Positions 8,095 to 17,091 of a stretch of 45,398 nucleotides of DNA are shown piece after piece (the first letter of the stretch is position 1; each line of letters begins with the position of its first letter). The stretch lies in assembly GCA_964391715.1 (NCBI GenBank), contig CAYMMZ010000001.1, forward strand, positions 1 to 45,398, in the 5' to 3' direction. The notes under the pieces were generated by a model. That model had not been told where the DNA came from and did no database searches. It saw nothing but the letters and a program-made list of their open reading frames with translations. The stretch comes from Candidatus Woesearchaeota archaeon. Its GTDB lineage: Archaea > Nanobdellota > Nanobdellia > Pacearchaeales > GW2011-AR1. Made by a program: the position numbers and the translations under genes.

Positions 8095-9288
8095 CTATAA
8101 TGAAATTAATTCTACACTAGTCTCAAAAGTCTTCCCAAAAGTCTTTGCAGCAACTGCCTTCACTTGAAGCTTTTCAGCTCCATTAATAACTGGACCAGTA
8201 GCATTAGAAACCATCAAAACAAAGGAATCTTTAGAATTAACAGAACCCAATCTAGACGAAGGAACATTTTGAACAATCTCCAAATCTTCATTCAAGACAA
8301 GAACATTTCTTCCCTTTATCTCAATAGAGAGTTCTCTCAACTTAGAGATATCTTTATCATTCAAACTTCTTCGCTTTATCTCTTCTAAGGGCTCAACAGA
8401 TTTTTGCCTATCAAACTTAGAATTAGTGTCTTTTCTACCATAAGATCTCTTAGAAGAATCTTTAATCTTCCTCAAAAAAACCTCTGCAGGAACTTTTTTC
8501 CGAAGTGCCTGTAACAATTCTTTCCCGGCAAGTTCTTCAACTTCTTTTCCGTCAGGCGCCTGTGCGATATAAACTACTTTTGCATTCTCACAAACATTCT
8601 GAGCAATGAGGTTTCCTCCACGGTCACCATCAACAAAGAGTGTTAGCTCCTTAGTCTCTCCAAGGGTAGCAATTGTTTTTGGAAATCGGGTTCCTTGCAT
8701 TCCAATAACGTTATTGATTCCATGCTTCAACATATTAACAACATCTGCCCTACCTTCTGCAACAATCAATTCTTTTTCAGCATCAATATTTGGACCTGCA
8801 GCCAAACCTTCTTCGCCATAAGTTACAGCTTTTGAAGTTCGAGCAGATTCTTTCAATTCAGTCTCCATCTCAGTAGAATCCATTCCCTCATTCTTAATGT
8901 TAGCAAGCAAAGCCTTAGCCCTTTCCATGATATAATCTCTCTTAGAACCTCTAACATCTGAAATATCTCTAATAGAAATTTTAGCATCTGTCGGACCAAT
9001 CTTATCAATTGTTTCTAGTGCCGCAGCAATAATTGTCGTTTCTGTTTTATCCAAAGCAGAAGGTATGTTAATCTCTCCAGTGGTTTTTCCATCACTAGTA
9101 TTCAAATCAACTTCAATTCTTCCAATCTTTCCTTCTTTTTGAAGCTCTCGAAGCTCCATGTCACTTCCAAGCAAACCTTCTGTTTGACCAAACAAAGCAC
9201 CTATAACATCGGGCTTTTGAAACGGACCCTCCGCTACGAAATCTGCAATAATCGAATATTTTATCGACGTTGGACTTATTTTAGCCAT
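8095..9288 (-). CDS. dnaG: archaeal DnaG-type primase (Toprim domain)
   Basis: N-terminus KYSIIADFVAEGPFQKPDVIGALFGQTEGLLG is typical of archaeal DnaG. Toprim motifs LIVAEGRADV and LFVDGDRGGNLI. Confidence 0.9.
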   Translation of the reverse strand: MAKISPTSIKYSIIADFVAEGPFQKPDVIGALFGQTEGLLGSDMELRELQKEGKIGRIEVDLNTSDGKTTGEINIPSALDKTETTIIAAALETIDKIGPTDAKISIRDISDVRGSKRDYIMERAKALLANIKNEGMDSTEMETELKESARTSKAVTYGEEGLAAGPNIDAEKELIVAEGRADVVNMLKHGINNVIGMQGTRFPKTIATLGETKELTLFVDGDRGGNLIAQNVCENAKVVYIAQAPDGKEVEELAGKELLQALRKKVPAEVFLRKIKDSSKRSYGRKDTNSKFDRQKSVEPLEEIKRRSLNDKDISKLRELSIEIKGRNVLVLNEDLEIVQNVPSSRLGSVNSKDSFVLMVSNATGPVINGAEKLQVKAVAAKTFGKTFETSVELISL

Positions 9289-9513
9289 TTTTCTTTTTCT
9301 CCATATTTAATTAATTAGTTAGAAATCTCTTCGCTATATCTTTCAATAGCTCACCTGAATCTGAACGTAAATGTGATAGTTGTAATAATAATCCTTCTGG
9401 ATTTCTAACAACAATTAAACAAACTTTCTCTTTTTAAAGCTTACGATATTCCAAAAACAACGGAAATCTTTAAATACTTTTCAATTCAGAAAGGTGTAAA
9501 TAAAGAGGGCAAA

Positions 9514-9585
9514 ATGGAATCTAGCGACGAGGAATTCAGTGAAGAAGAGTTCGATGATGAAGACGAACTTAAAGACGACGAATAG
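9514..9585 (+). CDS. possible micro-ORF, 23-aa acidic peptide MESSDEEFSEEEFDDEDELKDDE
   Basis: TTTAAATA box at 9469-9476 and GAGGG 5 nt before the ATG. No homology can be assessed. Confidence 0.25.
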   Translation: MESSDEEFSEEEFDDEDELKDDE

Positions 9586-9602
9586 CCCAAAATAAACAAA
9601 AA

Positions 9603-9677
9603 ATGTCTGAACTAGAAGAGATTGGAATTGAAGAAGGTGACTTTGACCTTACAGAAGAAGCAGAAGAGTTAGAATAG
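9603..9677 (+). CDS. possible micro-ORF, 24-aa acidic peptide MSELEEIGIEEGDFDLTEEAEELE
   Basis: Follows the first acidic micro-ORF by 17 nt, in a different frame. A T-rich run follows its stop. Confidence 0.2.
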   Translation: MSELEEIGIEEGDFDLTEEAEELE

Positions 9678-9723
9678 TTATTTTTATTTTTATTTTTTTA
9701 AATCACTTAGAGGTACTTGTGGC

Positions 9724-10287
9724 TCACAACCCTTCAAGTAACTTCGCTTCTCTAAACAACCCAAGAGCATTATATGTAGCGGTTAATTTTTCCTTAATTT
9801 CATTTTTTTCAATTTCTTCCAGATTCATTTTAATAATCTTTTCATAAAATTTTGTAGCAGAAGCTTTTTTTCCCTTATCTTCCAAAGCCTTTGCAGAGAC
9901 AAGGTAAATATTCTTCCTCGCCAACTTAATCTTTGACTTCTGCTCTATATTCCCATCTCTAAGGGCCCTCACAAACATCTCATCTGCATCCTCTACTCTC
10001 CCTGCTCTAGAATAAAGCTCCGCAGCAGAAATATAACTCTCCCTCCTCTCCCTAAAGGAAACTTCAGCTGAAGCTTTATTCGACAAAGCTTTAGCCGCCC
10101 GTTCATACATTCCTCGCTCCTCCAAAAACCTCGAAAGTTCTCCCCACAAAAACCTCTTTATCTCGAAATTAAATCCAGTCTCTTTTAAAGCAGATTCTAA
10201 ATAATTAATCTTATTCAAGGAAGTGGCCATCATAGACAACTTCTCTTTGATTTCTTCAATCGTCTTTTCACGTACCTGAACTACCAT
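9724..10287 (-). CDS. all-helical TPR-like repeat protein, hypothetical
   Basis: 187 aa with repeated A/Y/E/K-rich helix pairs (ERAAKALSNKA, AELYSRAGRVEDADEMFVRAL, SAKALEDKGKKASATKFYEKII). Confidence 0.45.
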   Translation of the reverse strand: MVVQVREKTIEEIKEKLSMMATSLNKINYLESALKETGFNFEIKRFLWGELSRFLEERGMYERAAKALSNKASAEVSFRERRESYISAAELYSRAGRVEDADEMFVRALRDGNIEQKSKIKLARKNIYLVSAKALEDKGKKASATKFYEKIIKMNLEEIEKNEIKEKLTATYNALGLFREAKLLEGL

Positions 10288-10346
10288 AAATAACCAATCA
10301 CACCCTACCTTTTAAGAATATATGTAATCAAAAACTCTTAATAAAA

Positions 10347-10814
10347 TTATTTCATTTTCTCACGTTGTTTTTGTATCTTTGCTGCATGAGCCTTTTCTTT
10401 TTTGTTTGCCTTTCTAATCATAGAAAGATGGTCTTTAATAATTATTTTTTCTATTTTTATTGGCTTTACTTTTTCAGTACTCACCCACTGACTACTCCCT
10501 TTTGGCTCGTTTTTGAAAGTTTTGGAAGGCAAGACATATACATATCCTTCTTTATGTTTTGGCCACCCTTCTAAAATAATACAAAATCTAATAAAAAATT
10601 TGCCATCCTTTTTCCCAACACCCATACTCGCATCTTTTACCCCATCACCCCTACAAATTGACATTCGGATAGCTTGTTCCTTAAATGATGTTGCATAAAC
10701 CGCTTTCTGATTATTCTCCGGGTTGTTTGGGTCTATTTCTGGAGGTGCTCTGGGGATAAAATAACCCCCTTTAATTTTTCTAGGACTCCCGTGATAAAGA
10801 TATTTAGGCTTCAT
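10347..10814 (-). CDS. hypothetical protein with an H-G-S / Y-A-T-S / E-G-Y-V-Y motif order (possible minimal ADP-ribosyltransferase-like fold) and a basic tail
   Basis: YLYHGS (aa 5-10), AVYATS (38-43), KEGYVYVL (88-95), C-terminal KKEKAHAAKIQKQREKMK. This is a resemblance judged by eye only. Confidence 0.4.
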   Translation of the reverse strand: MKPKYLYHGSPRKIKGGYFIPRAPPEIDPNNPENNQKAVYATSFKEQAIRMSICRGDGVKDASMGVGKKDGKFFIRFCIILEGWPKHKEGYVYVLPSKTFKNEPKGSSQWVSTEKVKPIKIEKIIIKDHLSMIRKANKKEKAHAAKIQKQREKMK

Positions 10815-10869
10815 TAAAAATTAAAGATTTAATAGTATAAAAATCTTATTCGATAAAACCCTTAAGCTT

Positions 10870-10918
10870 CCTCAACAAAACACCCTAGCAAAGTCTGGAG
10901 TGAAGGAATCAAAAACTC
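10870..10918. repeat. conserved ~48-nt hairpin motif, copy 3 of 3
   Basis: CCTCAACAAAAC, then CAC-c-CTAG-caaagt-CTGG-a-GTG, then AAGGAATCAAAAACTC. Lies in the divergent region between the 10347-10814 gene and tag. Confidence 0.5.
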
Positions 10919-10946
10919 TTAAATAACCAATCAACCTAAAAACAAA

Positions 10947-11504
10947 ATGAAAAGATGTGAATGGGTAAACAATATAAGTGAAGAATATATAGATTACCAT
11001 GACAATGAATGGGGCGTTCCAGTTCACGACGACAATAAACTTTTTGAATTCTTAATATTAGAGGGGGCTCAGGCAGGACTTTCATGGTCAACAATTCTAA
11101 AGAAAAGAAAAAATTACCAAAAAGCATTTGACAAATTCAATCCTAAGAAGGTTGCAAAATACGATTCAAAAAAATTTGGAGAATTAATACAAAACACAGG
11201 GATTGTAAGAAACAAACTTAAAATAAAATCCGCCATCCAAAATGCAAAAGCTTTCTTAAAAATCCAAAAAGAGTTTGGTTCCTTTGATAAATATCTCTGG
11301 GGTTTCACCAATGGCAAACCAATCAAAAACAAATTCAAGAAGATGTCCCAACTCCCAGCAAAAACAGAACTAGCAGAAAAAATCTCAATTGATCTAAAAG
11401 ACAGGGGAATGAACTTCGTCGGCCCAACAATAATTTATGCATTCATGCAAGCAACAGGAATGGTAAACGACCATACGACAGACTGTTTCCGATATAAATT
11501 ATAA
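10947..11504 (+). CDS. tag: DNA-3-methyladenine glycosylase I
   Basis: CEWV...YHDNEWGVPVHDD..LFEFLILEGAQAGLSWSTILKKR and a C-terminal HTTDCF are typical Tag motifs. Confidence 0.9.
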   Translation: MKRCEWVNNISEEYIDYHDNEWGVPVHDDNKLFEFLILEGAQAGLSWSTILKKRKNYQKAFDKFNPKKVAKYDSKKFGELIQNTGIVRNKLKIKSAIQNAKAFLKIQKEFGSFDKYLWGFTNGKPIKNKFKKMSQLPAKTELAEKISIDLKDRGMNFVGPTIIYAFMQATGMVNDHTTDCFRYKL

Positions 11505-11515
11505 TTTGCCTTAAC

Positions 11516-12397
11516 TTAAATTCTGCCGAAGGACCTTCCTTCCAAGAATAAACTTTTTCCTTCATAACTCCCTACCATCAGCGATAATTCCACACGGGTT
11601 ATTTCTGGATTTACTGGTACCATAACAATATCTCCCCCAGGGGAAAAAAGATATTCTCTTTGCGGGTTCATTCGATTTGGTTGAACATCATTAACGTGCT
11701 CTCTGCTCCCTACAAGCCAACAAGACTCTAATGTTTTGAGAACTTTTCTTTCTACACCTCTCATTATTTCGGGATTTATTGTTTGTCTCGAAAGATCATA
11801 TGCTTCGGGAATTCTTGTTTGATAAGAAAAATGTGCGCTAGTGACTATAGGCAATTGTTCCTCTCCCAAGGGATGTCTCAGTTCCCCATCGAATGGTTCT
11901 TTATAGGAAAACTGATAGGGTTCTTGTGATTGTTGTCTCGCGGATTTAGGAATATATCCGTCTCCAGAGAATCTTAAATTAAAGAATGTCTCCTTACTTT
12001 CCCCATCAAAAGATTCTGGTTCTCGATTAGAAATTGACCACCCAAAACTATTTAATCCTTCACGAAGTTGAACTACAGGATCAACATCTAGTCTACCTCC
12101 CCTTGCGATTTCAGAGATATTACTATATGCATCTAAAGGGCTAACAGCCACTTCACTAGGGAACCTTAACTCAAATTCATGTTCTGGAAGACCAAATCCT
12201 GAACTAATATCTCTCCCTACAAATAGCCCCCCATACATACTATTTCCTTTTTCAAGTTCCCGTGCACGATTTTCAAGAGCCCTTCTTCCAACACACCTAA
12301 TACGCCCTTGCATTTGCCCAATATCTAGGAGTACATGACTATCGTTATCATAAATTGCTTTCGCAGATTCTCCGCCTTCAACAGTAGCATCTCCCAT
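11516..12397 (-). CDS. hypothetical protein (ORFan) in the position normally taken by rps10 after tuf
   Basis: 293-aa ORF that looks soluble. No motif recognised. Confidence 0.45.
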   Translation of the reverse strand: MGDATVEGGESAKAIYDNDSHVLLDIGQMQGRIRCVGRRALENRARELEKGNSMYGGLFVGRDISSGFGLPEHEFELRFPSEVAVSPLDAYSNISEIARGGRLDVDPVVQLREGLNSFGWSISNREPESFDGESKETFFNLRFSGDGYIPKSARQQSQEPYQFSYKEPFDGELRHPLGEEQLPIVTSAHFSYQTRIPEAYDLSRQTINPEIMRGVERKVLKTLESCWLVGSREHVNDVQPNRMNPQREYLFSPGGDIVMVPVNPEITRVELSLMVGSYEGKSLFLEGRSFGRI

Positions 12398-12502
12398 CCT
12401 ATCCTCACAACTATCAGCTTTATAAAAATTTATACACTAAACTATCTAAACAAAAATTCTAACAAAAAATCATATCGCCTTAGGAACTTTAGTCCCCAAA
12501 GC

Positions 12503-12536
12503 TAAAAAATAAAAATAAAAAAGAGGCCTTATCGGC
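12503..12536 (-). terminator. hairpin plus oligo-T terminator after tuf
   Basis: In minus sense: GGCC-gataa-GGCC (12524-12536) followed by TCTTTTTTATTTTTATTTTTT. Confidence 0.55.
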
Positions 12537-12552
12537 CGTTAAAAGATAGAAA

Positions 12553-13839
12553 TTACAATTTCTTCTCAGTTAAACTCTTACAAACACCTGCTGCAACTGT
12601 AACACCCGCGTCTCGGATAGCGAATCTTGCCATGTTTGGATTCTTATCTGCAGATTCCAAAACAAGATTTCCGATCGGTTTGACCTTCACAATAGCAACA
12701 TCCCCATTCTTCAAGAAGTCTGGGTTTTCTTCAGCAACTTGTCCGCTTGCAGGGTCCAACTTAGCTTTAATTTCCACGAATTGACATGGAACTTGAGCTG
12801 TGTGAACATGGAAAACTGGTGTGTAACCTTTTGCAATTACAGTTGGGTGGTTGATAACAGCCACTTGAGCTTCAAACTCTTCAACTATTACTGCTGGTTC
12901 ACCTGCATCACAAATAACGTCTCCTCGAGCCATGTCTTTCTTACCAACGCCTCTGACGTTGATACCAACATTATCTCCAGCTTCAGCTTCTTGTAATTGT
13001 TCATGGTGAGCTTCGATACTTCGAACTTCACCTTCGATTCCAGTTCCGGATCGTCCAGGTAGTACTATGACCTTTTGGCCAATCTTCATAATACCGGTTT
13101 CAATCTTTCCTACAGGAACAGTACCAATCCCAGTGATATCATAAACATCCTGGATAGGCATTCTCATTGGTAAGCCAGTTGGTTTCTCTGGTGCAGGGAA
13201 CTTATCAATCTGTTCAAGAACAGTTGGTCCTTTGTACCACGCCATCTTGTCGGACTTGTTCGCAATGTTATCCCCCATAAGGGCAGAACCTGCAATAAAA
13301 GAGGTAGTTTCAGGATTAAATCCTGCCTGTTTAAGAACTGCAGAAACATCTTCTACTGCTTTCTTGTACTTATCCTCATTGTAATCTACAACATCCATCT
13401 TATTGATTAAAACTGCTAAGTGTTTTACACCCATAGTTCTAAGCAACCAAACGTGTTCCTTTGTTTGAGGTTGTACACCATCTTCACATCCAACAACTAA
13501 AAAGGCAGCATCTGCTTGAGAAGCACCAGTAATCATGTTTTTAACAAAATCCTTGTGTCCCGGAGCATCAATAATTGTAACTTCAAAATTCTTAGTCATA
13601 AGCTTCTTATAAGACAAGTTAATTGTAACTCCTCTTTCTCGCTCTTCTTTCAAATTATCCATTACATAAGCAAATTCAAACCCAGCTTTACCATGTTTTT
13701 CTGCTTCTTCCTTGTACTTTTTCATCTCTTGTTCAGAGACTGCGCCACCATCAAAGAAAGTTCTACCTACTGCAGTACTTTTTCCTTGGTCAACGTGTCC
13801 AACGAAGACAACATTCATTCCTGGTTTTTCTTTAGCCAT
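12553..13839 (-). CDS. tuf: translation elongation factor aEF-1 alpha
   Basis: [17 protein letters not shown] and NKMD GTPase motifs in a full-length 428-aa protein. Confidence 0.97.
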   Translation of the reverse strand: MAKEKPGMNVVFVGHVDQGKSTAVGRTFFDGGAVSEQEMKKYKEEAEKHGKAGFEFAYVMDNLKEERERGVTINLSYKKLMTKNFEVTIIDAPGHKDFVKNMITGASQADAAFLVVGCEDGVQPQTKEHVWLLRTMGVKHLAVLINKMDVVDYNEDKYKKAVEDVSAVLKQAGFNPETTSFIAGSALMGDNIANKSDKMAWYKGPTVLEQIDKFPAPEKPTGLPMRMPIQDVYDITGIGTVPVGKIETGIMKIGQKVIVLPGRSGTGIEGEVRSIEAHHEQLQEAEAGDNVGINVRGVGKKDMARGDVICDAGEPAVIVEEFEAQVAVINHPTVIAKGYTPVFHVHTAQVPCQFVEIKAKLDPASGQVAEENPDFLKNGDVAIVKVKPIGNLVLESADKNPNMARFAIRDAGVTVAAGVCKSLTEKKL

Positions 13840-14047
13840 TTTTTCTAATTTTTTAATTTAGTTAATATAACCCAGAGCATAACGCTCAAAGAGTAAATAT
13901 ATTGTGTAATATTGGTTTTTAAAGTTTGTGCAAGCAAATTTTAAACAGGAGGATTTGAAGTAACCAGCTTTTTAATGTATTCAGTTAACTCTCCAAATCC
14001 TCCTTTCATTAAACCAACACATTTAAATATACTATATTATAAATAAT

Positions 14048-14083
14048 ATTAAGATTATTAGAACTATTAAGACTATTAAGATT
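14048..14083 (+). repeat. 4 x 9-bp tandem repeat (ATTAAGATT ATTAGAACT ATTAAGACT ATTAAGATT), candidate operator
   Basis: Read directly from the sequence. Ends 14 nt before the ATG of the RHH micro-gene. Confidence 0.6.
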
Positions 14084-14097
14084 ATAAATAATATAAA

Positions 14098-14244
14098 ATG
14101 GCAAAAAAGGGAATCAGTATAACTATAGAAGATAGAATTCTCAGAAAGTGGAAAGAATATACTGAAAAAGAATGCATCAATTCTTCAAAATTAATTGAAA
14201 AATTAATTGAAGAACATCTAAAAAAGAGGAGAGAAAATGTTTAA
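14098..14244 (+). CDS. 48-aa ribbon-helix-helix (CopG/MetJ-like) DNA-binding protein
   Basis: MAKKGISITIEDRILRKWKEYTEKECINSSKLIEKLIEEHLKKRRENV shows the beta-strand / helix / helix pattern of RHH proteins. Too short for the ORF track. Confidence 0.45.
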   Translation: MAKKGISITIEDRILRKWKEYTEKECINSSKLIEKLIEEHLKKRRENV

Positions 14245-14415
14245 TAAAAATATAAAGAAAAAGATAAAAAAGAAAGGAATCTCTATTAAATATTCTCATG
14301 TAAAATCTATAAAAGACATAGTCATAATAGACGAAAAAATATCTGATAAAATAGAATAAGGTTTCTCCCATTTTCCAATCCCCTTACACCAAAATCTCCC
14401 AAGCCTTTAGTCAGC

Positions 14416-14520
14416 AAATTTCTTTTTTTATCAGATAAGTTTTGCAGGAAACATTTTCGCCACGTACTTGAGTACGCAAGAAAATTTTTACAAAAAAATT
14501 AGCGATAAAAAAAGAAATTT
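14416..14520. repeat. stop-codon-abutting nested-hairpin repeat, copy A (after fusA)
   Basis: Perfect 17-bp outer arms AAATTTCTTTTTTTATC (14416-14432) / GATAAAAAAAGAAATTT (14504-14520). Core GTTTTGCAGG..ATTTTC-gcCACGTACttgaGTACGcaa-GAAAAT. The right end overlaps the fusA stop codon (14519-14521) by 2 nt. Confidence 0.7.
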
Positions 14521-16690
14521 ATTGGTTCTCGGCTAGTCCTTTCCTATCCCTAATCTGACGAATAACCTTAACCTGCAAATCGTTCGGCAATTTCTTAAAA
14601 GTCTGACTAACCAATGAGGAAACTCCTCTCCCTTCTGTCGCACTTCGAAGGTCTGAAGTCCAACCAATCATTTCTTGAACGGGAATCTCGGCATTAATTG
14701 TAACCCCACTCTCTTCTTGAGCAACATCTACTAGATTACCCCTCTTGGTAGAAACAAGTGAAGTTGCAGCCCCCATAAATTCTGTCGGAGCTTCAATTTG
14801 ATGAACTTGAACAGGCTCAAAAATTGTAGGGGTTGCTTTTGCAAAGGCCCCTCTAACTGCTTCCCTAATTGCTGGATAGACTTGTGCTGGACCTCTATGA
14901 ATCGCATCCTCATGTAATTTCAAATCAACCAAAGAAACTTTCAATTTGAGGCATGGTTCTCTAGCCAACGGACCAGCCTTCATAACTTCTTCAAAAGAAT
15001 CCAAAACAAGCTCAATTACTTCTCCAATATGAACTTCACCTTTGGTCTTATCCAAAAAAACATTCCCTTGGAAAATATCTCTATACTGCTGTGCCTCATC
15101 TCGAGAGATTCCAAGGCCAACAAGAGTTTCATCAAGTGCCTTATCTTTCTTCTTAATTCTTCCCTTTGGTAAAGTTCCGTCACTAATAGCTTCAACAATA
15201 GCATCTTCTAAAGGTTCCACTGTTAAAAAGAAGCTATTATGTTTATTAGGGCTTCTCCCTTCTGCTGCATCACTTTGCTTAACAACAGATTCTCTAAAAA
15301 CTACAATTGGAGCTCCAGATTCTACATCCAATCCTTTCTCAGTCTTAATCCTATTCTCAATAATTTCTAAATGGAGCTCTCCCATTCCAGAAAGCAAAGA
15401 TTCTCCGGTCTCTTCATTAATTTCAATTCTAAGTGAAGGATCCTCCTTTCCAATCTGTCTTAAAATTTCAACAAGTTTGGGCAAATCTGCAGTTCTCTTT
15501 GCAGAAATAGATTTTGTAACAACCGGTTCAAACAAATGGCTAATCGCTTCAAATGGTTCAATTGGATTTGTGGAAACAGTCTCACCAACAACAACATCCC
15601 GGAGACCAACGATACCAACAATATTTCCAGCCACTACTTCATCTAACTGAACTCTCTGAGCCCCTTTGTAAATAGAAACTTGTTGTGCCCTAACCTTTTT
15701 ATTAGCAATATTCAAATGCAACTCATCTCCTTGTTTAATCTTTCCTCCAAAAAGTCTCCCTGCAGCAACTTCTCCAGCATGAGGGTCAACCACAATCTTT
15801 ATAGGAACAAATGCTACTTCACCATCAATATTACAAGATTGAAAATCTTTTCCAGCAGTACTATCCAAATCTCCATGCCAAATTTTTGGAATCCTATATT
15901 TCTGAGCAACAACAGGGTCAGGATGATTATTAACTACCATATTCAAAATAACTTCGTGTATCGGTGCCTTTTTCGCAAGAACCTTGTAATTTTCTCCACC
16001 TTCCCCATAAGCATCAATTATTTCTTTAAACGAAATTCCATTCTTCTGCATGTAAGGAATAGACAATGCCCAATTATGGAATGCTGAGCCAAATGCAACT
16101 GAACCGTCCGCCACAGATACTTGAAACTTCTCCTTAAATTCAGGTTCAGCAATTTTTGCAATAAGAGCATTAACGTCATTGATTATCCCAATAAATCTTT
16201 TCTGCATCTCTTCAGGCGTCAACTTTACTTCCCTAATTAGTCTATCCACCTTATTAATAAAAAGAATCGGCTTAACTCTCTCTTTAAGTGCTTGTCTAAG
16301 AACAGTCTCAGTTTGTGGCATAATCCCTTCACTAGCACATGTAAGAACAATCGCACCGTCCACTGCCCTCATAGCTCTTGTAACATCTCCACCAAAATCA
16401 ACATGACCGGGGGTATCAATTAAATTAATCAGATAGTCTTGTTCTTCGACTGTATGAACCATAGAAACAGAAGCAGAATCAATTGTAATTCCTCGCTCAG
16501 CCTCATCCTCGTGAAAGTCAAGTGTTCTTGCTTTTCCTGCAAGGTCTTCACTCATCATTCCAGCACCAGCAAGTAAATTATCCGAAAAAGTGGTCTTCCC
16601 ATGATCAATATGTGCACAAATCGCAATATTTCGAATGTGTGTGGGGTCTCTCTGTAACTCTTTCACTCTTTCAGTCATATCAATTGCCAT
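14519..16690 (-). CDS. fusA: translation elongation factor aEF-2
   Basis: AHIDHGKTT, DTPGHVDF and NKVDR motifs, plus the diphthamide-region HEDAIHRGPAQ. 723 aa. Confidence 0.97.
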   Translation of the reverse strand: MAIDMTERVKELQRDPTHIRNIAICAHIDHGKTTFSDNLLAGAGMMSEDLAGKARTLDFHEDEAERGITIDSASVSMVHTVEEQDYLINLIDTPGHVDFGGDVTRAMRAVDGAIVLTCASEGIMPQTETVLRQALKERVKPILFINKVDRLIREVKLTPEEMQKRFIGIINDVNALIAKIAEPEFKEKFQVSVADGSVAFGSAFHNWALSIPYMQKNGISFKEIIDAYGEGGENYKVLAKKAPIHEVILNMVVNNHPDPVVAQKYRIPKIWHGDLDSTAGKDFQSCNIDGEVAFVPIKIVVDPHAGEVAAGRLFGGKIKQGDELHLNIANKKVRAQQVSIYKGAQRVQLDEVVAGNIVGIVGLRDVVVGETVSTNPIEPFEAISHLFEPVVTKSISAKRTADLPKLVEILRQIGKEDPSLRIEINEETGESLLSGMGELHLEIIENRIKTEKGLDVESGAPIVVFRESVVKQSDAAEGRSPNKHNSFFLTVEPLEDAIVEAISDGTLPKGRIKKKDKALDETLVGLGISRDEAQQYRDIFQGNVFLDKTKGEVHIGEVIELVLDSFEEVMKAGPLAREPCLKLKVSLVDLKLHEDAIHRGPAQVYPAIREAVRGAFAKATPTIFEPVQVHQIEAPTEFMGAATSLVSTKRGNLVDVAQEESGVTINAEIPVQEMIGWTSDLRSATEGRGVSSLVSQTFKKLPNDLQVKVIRQIRDRKGLAENQ

Positions 16691-16770
16691 TGTTTAGAAT
16701 TGAAAAATCGCTTTAAAAACTTTTGTGTAAGCAATACATCTAAAAGTTTGTATAGACTATAAATCAAAAA

Positions 16771-16992
16771 TTAAATAATCTTTCTCAAAACATAAAGTCT
16801 ATTTTTATCCTCAGAACTCCTACTTCTCCCAATAGGTTGGTAAATTGCTCTTCCTTGAAAAATATCCACCTTAAGAAATCCTCCACTAATCCCTACAGCC
16901 CCCATCTCTTCTAAATCCTCTCTAGAAAAAGTGTTTATATCATAATGAAATCCATCATCAGAATTTGGCTCAAATCTCCCAAGATTATCCAT
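16771..16992 (-). CDS. hypothetical small protein (ORFan) between rps7 and fusA
   Basis: 73-aa ORF in the same orientation as the cluster. No motif recognised. Confidence 0.3.
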   Translation of the reverse strand: MDNLGRFEPNSDDGFHYDINTFSREDLEEMGAVGISGGFLKVDIFQGRAIYQPIGRSRSSEDKNRLYVLRKII

Positions 16993-17091
16993 CTATAAAA
17001 ATAGTTCAATTACTTTATAAGAATTGTCATACTAAACCATCCAAACGAATTTTGATTTTCAGTCGGCAATATTTTCACAAAGAATAACTAC

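Noticed and set aside
14237-14359. 40-aa Lys-rich ORF overlapping the end of the RHH gene, considered as a toxin
   Set aside because: Its composition (K/I/N) is what AT-rich non-coding DNA yields, and no motif is present. It is mentioned only as a low-probability partner.
13840-14518. The AT-rich 679-bp spacer as a possible replication origin
   Set aside because: No orc1/cdc6 gene is adjacent, and no ORB-like long inverted repeats flank an unwinding element. The repeats present are better explained as an RHH operator and repeat copy A.
15042-15650. 202-aa plus-strand ORF inside fusA
   Set aside because: It is antisense to a highly conserved EF-2 coding region. The S/P/T-rich translation is typical of shadow ORFs.
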